From IMG/VR virus record IMGVR_UViG_3300005341_000003: DNA of 38,331 nucleotides. The stretch is one strand, 5' to 3'. This document shows positions 31,369 through 37,321 of the stretch, one piece after another (position 1 is the stretch's first letter; every line of letters starts with the position of its first letter). The translations under genes and the position numbers were made by a program. The notes below the pieces were generated by a model, which was not told the DNA's origin, made no database searches, and saw only the letters and a program-made list of their open reading frames with translations. Source of the DNA: a virus.

Positions 31369-31619
31369 CCGAAGAGGAGCGCACGCCGCTCGCTAGCCCG
31401 CTGAGTCTTCAGGCAGTCGACCGCAAGCTCGACCAAGTGCTCGCCGCCGTACGCGACGTTGCGACCAATCAGCTCTCCGTGCTGACGGAGGTGCGCAGCC
31501 TCGCGACCCGCGTCACCGCGCTCGAGCGAAGCCGGCAGCTGCTACCGCTCGCGATTGCGGGCGCCGCGCTCGGCATCTCCTTCGTTACCGCGCTCTGGGT
31601 GGCGTTCCGGCTCGGGTGA
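31365..31619 (+). CDS. Coiled-coil protein with a C-terminal transmembrane anchor (84 aa), lysis-associated
   Basis: ATGA overlap with the endolysin stop. LLPLAIAGAALGISFVTALWVAF lies at the C-terminus. Confidence 0.5.
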   Translation: MTEEERTPLASPLSLQAVDRKLDQVLAAVRDVATNQLSVLTEVRSLATRVTALERSRQLLPLAIAGAALGISFVTALWVAFRLG

Positions 31620-32023
31620 TGGCTGTCCCCGGAATCCCCGGCATGCGGCTCCCGCCGCGCGAGCATCGCCCGCCGGTGTCGAACCCGCCGCCGCGCGAGC
31701 TCGCGGATTCGCTGGGCGATGGCGTGCACGCCAGCTACGGCAAGGCCAGGTTCTCGGGGCCAGCGTGGGCATTCGTTGCCGTGCTGGTCGCGGGCCTGAT
31801 TGGCGGCAACATCTACTTTGCGAGCCGGCGGCAGCCCGAGGATCCGACCGGAATCGCGCATGACGTTCGCGAGCAGCTGGCGCGTCAGACCGAGGAGATT
31901 CGCAAGCTCGAGGAGGCGCTGACGCATCGAATCGACGGTATCGAGACGAAGGTCGACCGCTTGCAGGATTCGCAGGACCGGGTTCGCGAGCGCGTTTCTA
32001 CGATTGAGAATCGGCGTCAGTAG
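31616..32023 (+). CDS. Type-II membrane protein with a periplasmic coiled coil, inner-membrane spanin (i-spanin) candidate
   Basis: TM segment PAWAFVAVLVAGLIGGNIYFA is followed by IRKLEEALTHRIDGIETKVDRLQDSQDRVRERV. It is GTGA-coupled. Confidence 0.5.
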   Translation: MMAVPGIPGMRLPPREHRPPVSNPPPRELADSLGDGVHASYGKARFSGPAWAFVAVLVAGLIGGNIYFASRRQPEDPTGIAHDVREQLARQTEEIRKLEEALTHRIDGIETKVDRLQDSQDRVRERVSTIENRRQ

Positions 32024-32186
32024 CTGGCTCGACGATTTCGCCAGTGGTCTCGATGACGGGCGTGTACATCCCACAATCAGCTCCGCGCTCAAAGCAATGG
32101 GCGCGAAAGTCGCGTCCGCAGTTGGCGCAGGTTGCGTTTGTCTCAAGCGCCGCGTCCACTTCGCTGGGTGCGTATTCGTCAGCCAT
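31998..32186 (-). CDS. Hypothetical small Cys-containing protein (62 aa), last gene of the leftward early operon
   Basis: ATG 32186 shares a base with the upstream stop (TGATG). Peptide begins MADEYAPSEVDAALETNATCANCGRDFRAHCFERGADCG. Its 3' end converges with, and overlaps, the + strand gene ending at 32023. Confidence 0.45.
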   Translation of the reverse strand: MADEYAPSEVDAALETNATCANCGRDFRAHCFERGADCGMYTPVIETTGEIVEPATDADSQS

Positions 32187-32956
32187 CACTCGCCACCGAT
32201 CCGCTTCTCGAGTTCGGTGAGGGCCTCGTTGGCTTTCGACCATGCGTCATGTTGCATGTTACCGATGCCCTGTCGCATCGTCGCAACCAGCTCCCGCGTG
32301 CTCGGCTGCTGGGGCGCGGACGGCGGCAGTAGGTCGTCAGTGGAAAGCGGCGGAATGATGCCAGCACGCTCTAGTGCCTGAACAAGCGCAAAGTCGCAGG
32401 CCAGTGCGCCCGCGGGGTATTCTTCAGAATCCCGGTCAGCCCAAGCGCGCAACGCCTCGAGCAGATACGGCGCCTCCGTCAGAGCTTCGGGCTTGGCCTG
32501 CTCAGCTGCGCGGGCCGCGCAGGACTCGCAAAGCGTCGCAGGCCGCGAGCAGCCTCCGCTCAAACACGGCCGCGGTGCCTCAGCTGCGCGGGCGCGATAA
32601 CCATAGAGATAGCCGTCTTCGTAACCGGGGCGACGCATCAACCAATCAGGCTCGAAATTGTCCCTCGCGAAGGCGTCGCGCGCCTCTCGCTCAATGTCGT
32701 CAGTCATCGCTCGCGCGCCTCCAGTCAGCGTCCGCAGCGGCCAGTTCGGCATGCACGCCTCGCACTGACACTCGCTGGTATGGGCATCGCCGGTTCGGCG
32801 CTCGGGCTTGAGCTGCTCAGCTGCGCGGACGGCATCAAAAACCGCCAGCACCTCAGTGACCTGTGATGAATCCACGTCGTCTGTTTGCGTCTCGTCATTC
32901 CAGGTCGACAGGCCGAGCGCCTGCAGCAGCTGCATCGCGAGAGCTTCGTCAGTCAT
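32186..32956 (-). CDS. Hypothetical protein (256 aa) with Cys clusters, downstream of recT
   Basis: Long coupled ORF with the motifs SECQCEAC and CLSGGCSRPATLCESC. No nuclease motif was recognised. Confidence 0.6.
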   Translation of the reverse strand: MTDEALAMQLLQALGLSTWNDETQTDDVDSSQVTEVLAVFDAVRAAEQLKPERRTGDAHTSECQCEACMPNWPLRTLTGGARAMTDDIEREARDAFARDNFEPDWLMRRPGYEDGYLYGYRARAAEAPRPCLSGGCSRPATLCESCAARAAEQAKPEALTEAPYLLEALRAWADRDSEEYPAGALACDFALVQALERAGIIPPLSTDDLLPPSAPQQPSTRELVATMRQGIGNMQHDAWSKANEALTELEKRIGGE

Positions 32957-33921
32957 CGGTCGAAATCGTCCGCTGGGTCATGGTCATGCTCCTCGCGATT
33001 GGCGCCGGCAAAGTCGCCGCTGGCGTGCGCCACACCCTCCGCACTCGGCGCCAGCTCCTTCTCGAGCTTCGCGCACTGGCGATTGCAATGCTGCCAAATC
33101 TTGCTCAGCTCCTTGTGCTGCTCCGGCGTGATGGCGCGCGCTTCCTTCGCGGCCTGCACGTCGCGCGTCAGCTGGCTTTGCTTGCCGGCGCTGCCGAGGA
33201 TTTCGCGCAGCTGTAGCGCCTTGTCGTAACTGTCGACGACTTGTAGGAATGCCTTCGCGGCTTCCATGCGGCGGAGCAGTTCGGCGGCCACGTCGGGGTC
33301 AGCCGCGCTCGGCATCTCGTCTTCGTCCGGGTGCGAATGCGGCGAGATGGCGCGGACCTGCGGCTCGAAACTCACCACCTCGCCGCCCTCCGTCGTGATC
33401 GCGCCGACCTCGTCCGGGTCGAGCATGCCCATTGTTGCGTCCGGGAACACGGCGCGCGAAGCCATCGCGAGGCAACGGGCGCGCAGCATCGCCGCCGGGT
33501 ACTTCTTCCAATTGTCCTTGCCAACGAGTCCCGCCGCGCGCGCGTCCGCCATCGAGAACCGGAAGAGCGTCGCCTGTTGGCCCTGCCGCCCGGCTTCAAC
33601 GGTACACTCCTCGTTCGATGTTGACGCGACTCGGAGCAGCGAGCCAGGAAGGCGAGCGAGCACGAGGCCGGCCATGAGCTCTGCGGACATGGTCGGCTTG
33701 CCCTCGATGACGTGAATCGAACGGAGAGCCTGCATGGGCCCGATGCCGAGCTCGCGGCCCGTTTGGATGATCGCGATGGCCTTCTCGGGCGTGTCAACGG
33801 CGCGCGGGAGCAGGCGAGACTTGACCAGCGCCTCGGCTTGCTGGCGCATCACCTCCCAGTCGCGCATGGGGTCGCGCTCGATATGCGCGGGGTCGACTTT
33901 GGCTAGAGCGCGGTCGTTCAT
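32953..33921 (-). CDS. recT: RecT-like single-strand annealing protein (putative)
   Basis: LLPRAVDTPEKAIAIIQTGRELGIGPMQALRSIHVIEGKPTMSAELMAGL and NWKKYPAAMLRARCLAMASRAVFPD resemble conserved RecT-family blocks. Recognised from memory only. Confidence 0.6.
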   Translation of the reverse strand: MNDRALAKVDPAHIERDPMRDWEVMRQQAEALVKSRLLPRAVDTPEKAIAIIQTGRELGIGPMQALRSIHVIEGKPTMSAELMAGLVLARLPGSLLRVASTSNEECTVEAGRQGQQATLFRFSMADARAAGLVGKDNWKKYPAAMLRARCLAMASRAVFPDATMGMLDPDEVGAITTEGGEVVSFEPQVRAISPHSHPDEDEMPSAADPDVAAELLRRMEAAKAFLQVVDSYDKALQLREILGSAGKQSQLTRDVQAAKEARAITPEQHKELSKIWQHCNRQCAKLEKELAPSAEGVAHASGDFAGANREEHDHDPADDFDR

Positions 33922-34325
33922 TTTACACCTTTGAGCATCTCTTCGGTTTCCCTGGCTCGGTAGTCCGCTATTTTAGCCATCGACGTGAGCATATTGTCGC
34001 GCTGCTCTGATACGGTCTCCCCGGTATTCTCGCTGGCCCACCAGTACCGTGTCGTATAGAGGTCGCTGCTTATGAAGGATCGGTAGGTGACATCGTAATC
34101 AGAGAACGGAGGCCACCAATGCACGTGGCGCACGGTAAGAAACCAATTCGTCCGCGTCGCCTCGCGCATCACGTAGTTTACAACCTTCGCCTCTTGCCCT
34201 GGTTCCGTGGTGTGCGACACGTAACGAGCCCACGGTGTGAGCAGCCATCGGCGCGCCCACCAGAGCAGAATCGCGGGCGGCAGAAGCCACCAGGCAAGCG
34301 ACAAGTACGCGGCGATCATCTTCAT
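33918..34325 (-). CDS. Trp-rich membrane protein (135 aa), hypothetical
   Basis: MKMIAAYLSLAWWLLPPAILLWWARRWLL is an N-terminal TM segment. There are 11 Trp residues overall. G+C content is visibly lower than in neighbouring genes. Confidence 0.6.
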   Translation of the reverse strand: MKMIAAYLSLAWWLLPPAILLWWARRWLLTPWARYVSHTTEPGQEAKVVNYVMREATRTNWFLTVRHVHWWPPFSDYDVTYRSFISSDLYTTRYWWASENTGETVSEQRDNMLTSMAKIADYRARETEEMLKGVK

Positions 34326-34519
34326 GACTCATCATCTCCTTCGCGCCAAACATCGGGCGCAGCACCGAGCAACAGGGCCTCAATCTCGCCGTGCACGCGG
34401 TCGAGCTGCTCTTCGGTCGGCAGCTCGCGCGGCGGGCGAATCAGCAGGCTCGCGGCCAGCTGTTCAGCTAGCGACTTCGGGCGATCGGGCCACGCTGGGC
34501 CGGACTTCGCGGCGGTCAT
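34322..34519 (-). CDS. Hypothetical protein (65 aa)
   Basis: ATG 34519 overlaps the upstream stop (ATGA). The upstream extension in the ORF track overlaps the preceding gene. Confidence 0.45.
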   Translation of the reverse strand: MTAAKSGPAWPDRPKSLAEQLAASLLIRPPRELPTEEQLDRVHGEIEALLLGAAPDVWREGDDES

Positions 34520-34761
34520 CGCTTTTTGCCTTTCGATTTGGTCAGCGCGCCACGTAGACCAGCGATAGTCCGTTCGTATTTTTGAACCAGCCCATCTCGC
34601 TCGAAACGCAGTTCGCTGTTCCGTGCGTTCAGCGATTCGCATCTCCGCTTGAGGCACCAGCTGCAGCCGGAATTCGCGTCGGTCTCGATCTGGTAATATC
34701 GCTTACACTCACCGCAGCGATACAGCGTCAGCTCGACGCTTGCGCTGATGATGGTGGTCAT
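34516..34761 (-). CDS. Zinc-ribbon plus coiled-coil protein (81 aa)
   Basis: CGECKRYYQIETDANSGCSWC is a four-Cys ribbon. It is followed by a helical basic tail. Confidence 0.6.
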   Translation of the reverse strand: MTTIISASVELTLYRCGECKRYYQIETDANSGCSWCLKRRCESLNARNSELRFERDGLVQKYERTIAGLRGALTKSKGKKR

Positions 34762-35123
34762 TGCCGCTCCTCGCAGTGGTCAGCCAACTGCTGCCACAAC
34801 ACCGCCTGCTCGAACTCGCCGCGCCCGCGCGCCAGGCACTCACGCCCGCGCGAGTAGGCCAGCATCGAATCGGGCATGAAAAACGGTGACCGGTCCACGT
34901 CGAGCCCATGCTTCAAGTCGGTGACATGCGGCTCCGTCACCGGGCCCTCGTATTCCTCCTCGACGGCAAGCACCTCGGCGGCGTACGCCATCTCGCGCAG
35001 GGCTTCCGCCATCTGCGAGAATGCGGGACGGTCGTCGGGCGATGTTCTTGCGAGGCCGCGGGCGATTTCTTCGTTGGCGGACGTGAGCTGATTGAGCAGC
35101 TCGGGACGAGTGAAGCGGCTCAT
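34758..35123 (-). CDS. Hypothetical protein (121 aa)
   Basis: ATG 35123 overlaps the stop of the 27-aa peptide gene (ATGA). The sequence is acidic and helical. Confidence 0.55.
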   Translation of the reverse strand: MSRFTRPELLNQLTSANEEIARGLARTSPDDRPAFSQMAEALREMAYAAEVLAVEEEYEGPVTEPHVTDLKHGLDVDRSPFFMPDSMLAYSRGRECLARGRGEFEQAVLWQQLADHCEERQ

Positions 35124-35203
35124 TGTCCCACCGAGCCCGCAGCGAAACCCAGTGCGCCCATCAGGTACGTGAGCGTGATTAGCCAGCAGATGAATCGCGT
35201 CAC
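35120..35203 (-). CDS. 27-aa hydrophobic peptide (single TM), hypothetical
   Basis: GTG 35203 overlaps the upstream stop (GTGA), and its stop overlaps the downstream ATG (ATGA). The peptide is VTRFICWLITLTYLMGALGFAAGSVGQ. Confidence 0.4.
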   Translation of the reverse strand: MTRFICWLITLTYLMGALGFAAGSVGQ

Positions 35204-35418
35204 TTTCCAGCCTCCTCGAGAATGCGCAGCACATGGCCGAGCGCACCGATGATGTAGGTCATGTCCTTGCCCTCCGTCGTGCCCGCGGCAATCGCGTCAT
35301 GCGCGCGCTCGCGGGCTGCCGTCGTCCATTGCTTGGCTGATTGCAGCAGCGCGTCGCGTGACGGCTTCGGCAATGTCGTGGCGCCACCCGGGAATGCGAG
35401 TCTGATTGGTTTATTCAC
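35200..35418 (-). CDS. Hypothetical protein (72 aa)
   Basis: ORF coupled on both sides. Confidence 0.55.
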   Translation of the reverse strand: MNKPIRLAFPGGATTLPKPSRDALLQSAKQWTTAARERAHDAIAAGTTEGKDMTYIIGALGHVLRILEEAGK

Positions 35419-35663
35419 AAGAAAGCTCCTCTCGGCAAAAAGTCACCCGCATGCTCCGCGTCCCATCGAGCCCGCGCGCGGTCGTCCGCATCCTCGGCAT
35501 CCACGCCGGCCTGCATCTCGGCCTCGTACGCGGCCAGTGCCTTCGCTTCAGCCGCGTGGCAGTCGCCACACATCGACTTCAGCCAGGCGTCGGATTGCTC
35601 CGCGCCGTGGTCGAATATCGCGCAGCCGCATTCGCAGCAGACCGGCTCGCGGGCGATGGTCAC
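35415..35663 (-). CDS. Cys-rich hypothetical protein (82 aa)
   Basis: CCECGC ... CGDCH motifs and an acidic C-terminal half. Confidence 0.55.
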   Translation of the reverse strand: MTIAREPVCCECGCAIFDHGAEQSDAWLKSMCGDCHAAEAKALAAYEAEMQAGVDAEDADDRARARWDAEHAGDFLPRGAFL

Positions 35664-35851
35664 GCTGTCACCCTGGAAGCTTGCGGCAGCGGGTGTTGAT
35701 GAGCCTTAACCCATACCTCCGCTAGTTGTACAAGCTCTGTACCGATCTGGATCGGTGGGCGATAGTCAATAAGCAGAGCAGCGCCGCACGAGCAGGTAAG
35801 TTCGAGAATTAGCCTGCGCTCGTTGCCGCCGCCGCCGGGCTCATCGCTCAC
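35660..35851 (-). CDS. Hypothetical protein (63 aa)
   Basis: Coupled ORF. Confidence 0.5.
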   Translation of the reverse strand: MSDEPGGGGNERRLILELTCSCGAALLIDYRPPIQIGTELVQLAEVWVKAHQHPLPQASRVTA

Positions 35852-36045
35852 CGTGCACCGACCTTCCGGAACGGCACGACGTTGCTGCTACTGGCGCGGG
35901 TCGACGCGAGCGGGCGCGGGCGGAACGCCGCCAGCACGTCGCGGGTGAATGCGTTCGCCTGCTCGGTCTCGGCAGCGGAACGGGGGGAGTCGGGTACCTC
36001 GAGCACTGCGCGAATCGCGAGCAGCTCGATACTCAGTTGCTTCAT
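35848..36045 (-). CDS. First gene of the leftward early operon, hypothetical (65 aa)
   Basis: ATG 36045 lies 8 nt downstream of a -10-like TAACCT with no SD. The ORF-track extension to 36087 would run through the promoter/operator. Confidence 0.5.
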   Translation of the reverse strand: MKQLSIELLAIRAVLEVPDSPRSAAETEQANAFTRDVLAAFRPRPLASTRASSSNVVPFRKVGAR

Positions 36046-36051
36046 ACAGGT

Positions 36052-36081
36052 ACAGGTTAATGAACCTGAACCACTTGGCAA
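36052..36081 (-). promoter_or_regulatory. PL-like promoter with an embedded operator (OL)
   Basis: On the minus strand the order is TTGCCA (36081..36076), N16, TAACCT (36059..36054), N8, ATG. The 21-bp block 36052..36072 is the perfect reverse complement of 36542..36562. Confidence 0.5.
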
Positions 36082-36113
36082 TGGCAAATCGTACTTGGCC
36101 GGGTCGATTTCTG

Positions 36114-36485
36114 TCAGCGCGCGGCTTTTTGCGGGCTCTGGCTGGGATGCTCGCCCGACTCGCTCTTCTTTTTTGCCTTATTGAGCCGCTCGCGCGCTTG
36201 CTCGAGTAGTACCCGCTCGCGCTCGGCGCGCCCGCTTGCCTCCCACCAGCTGAGCGCGCGGTCGAGCATGACGCCCGGCGTGTAGCCAAAGACCGGGGCA
36301 AATTGGAGAAGCTTCAAAAGGCCTACGCCCAAGCGACCGTTCTCGATCTGCCAGAGGTGCCCCTTCTGGATGCCGAGGCGGTCGAGCAGCTCCGCGCGCG
36401 ATGTGCCGCGCGCCAGTTCCTGCTGCACCAACAGCCTGAAATACCAGGCCAATGCTTCCCCCCGGTCGTCTTCCGGGTCAGTCAT
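36114..36485 (-). CDS. CI-like XRE-family repressor (123 aa)
   Basis: The HTH is RGTSRAELLDRLGIQKGHLWQIENGR. The gene is flanked by inverted operator modules and is divergent from the Cro-like gene. The long ORF-track frame to 37013 is antisense junk. Confidence 0.8.
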   Translation of the reverse strand: MTDPEDDRGEALAWYFRLLVQQELARGTSRAELLDRLGIQKGHLWQIENGRLGVGLLKLLQFAPVFGYTPGVMLDRALSWWEASGRAERERVLLEQARERLNKAKKKSESGEHPSQSPQKAAR

Positions 36486-36491
36486 GCGACG

Positions 36492-36515
36492 ATCATACCG
36501 TTCAGGTTCTTTAAC
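36492..36515 (-). promoter_or_regulatory. PRM-like -10 element plus a third operator copy
   Basis: On the minus strand, TATGAT (36497..36492) is followed by N6 and then the repressor ATG, which implies a leaderless mRNA. GTTCAGGTTCTTTAAC at 36500..36515 matches the operator at 15 of 16 positions. Confidence 0.35.
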
Positions 36516-36532
36516 GGGGATGACGATTTCGG

Positions 36533-36562
36533 TTGCAGATCGGTTCAGGTTCATTAACCTGT
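36533..36562 (+). promoter_or_regulatory. PR-like promoter with an embedded operator (OR)
   Basis: The order is TTGCAG (36533..36538), N16, TAACCT (36555..36560), N9, ATG 36570, with no SD. The operator core is GGTTCAGGTTCATTAACC, made of GGTTCA twice followed by an inverted GGTTAA. Confidence 0.5.
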
Positions 36563-36569
36563 CACAACA

Positions 36570-36821
36570 ATGACTGGCCCCGAACTTCTGACAGAGTTTT
36601 TGACCGCCGAGGCGGTCTCCAGGAACGACTGCGCAGAGCGCCTGCGGGTGAGCCGCACAGCGCTCTATTACTGGCTGACCGGAGAGACAGCCCCGGGACA
36701 GGCGGTGCGCGAGGAAATCGCTGCTTGGACGCGGGGGAAGGTACCCGCCGAATCGTGGGGCCCTCCCACCGATCATCGGAAAAAGCGTGACCCCGGCGCC
36801 GAACCCGAATCGGAGGCGTGA
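36570..36821 (+). CDS. Cro-like HTH regulator (83 aa)
   Basis: SRNDCAERLRVSRTALYYWLTGE is an HTH. It is the first gene divergent from the repressor. Confidence 0.65.
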   Translation: MTGPELLTEFLTAEAVSRNDCAERLRVSRTALYYWLTGETAPGQAVREEIAAWTRGKVPAESWGPPTDHRKKRDPGAEPESEA

Positions 36822-36822
36822 C

Positions 36823-37110
36823 ATGGCTGCGAAACGTAGCGCAGAAATGCCACACGGGGTCGGCCGTAGAATGTCCGGTCGGAAAAAAGAGCGGCAGATT
36901 ATTGCTGTTGCACTTTTGCGCGCCGTGTCTGCCGCGAAGGCGACGAACGCTGAGGCGGCGCGATGGCTCGGCATTTCCGAGCGGACGATGCACGCCTGGT
37001 CGCACCTGCGCACGCCGGTGAATGTCGAAATCGTTCTGGCGTGTCCGCAGTTGCGCGAGCGGTTCCGCGAGGAGCTTTGCGTTCATAACCATGGGGAGGC
37101 TGCGAAATGA
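36823..37110 (+). CDS. HTH DNA-binding protein (95 aa), second early regulator
   Basis: ATG 36823 lies 2 nt after the upstream stop. [18 protein letters not shown] is an HTH. Confidence 0.55.
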   Translation: MAAKRSAEMPHGVGRRMSGRKKERQIIAVALLRAVSAAKATNAEAARWLGISERTMHAWSHLRTPVNVEIVLACPQLRERFREELCVHNHGEAAK

Positions 37111-37310
37111 AGCTGCGCATCGTGCCTCCCTGCAACAGGTCGCTGCCTGCCTGGTCGGTCGCAATCCGCGCGCGGCGGCTCGAACTCGGGCTGACGCAAG
37201 ACGAGGCCGCGCTGCGGTGGGGCGTGGCGCCGCGCACGATTCGCCACTGGGAAGCTGGAATCGGAGATGGGCGCATGTTGGCGGCGTTTTTGGGGCTGAA
37301 GGCGGCTTGA
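37107..37310 (+). CDS. XRE-family HTH protein (67 aa), third early regulator
   Basis: [32 protein letters not shown] is a classic XRE HTH. It is ATGA-coupled. Confidence 0.62.
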   Translation: MKLRIVPPCNRSLPAWSVAIRARRLELGLTQDEAALRWGVAPRTIRHWEAGIGDGRMLAAFLGLKAA

Positions 37311-37321
37311 AAGGCGGAGTG

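Noticed and set aside
36486-37013. N-terminal 176 aa of the 299-aa minus-strand ORF 36114..37013
   Set aside because: It runs antisense through the promoter/operator region and the Cro-like and second HTH genes, and its sequence is junk-like. Only the C-terminal 123 aa (36114..36485) show an XRE HTH and a sensible start.
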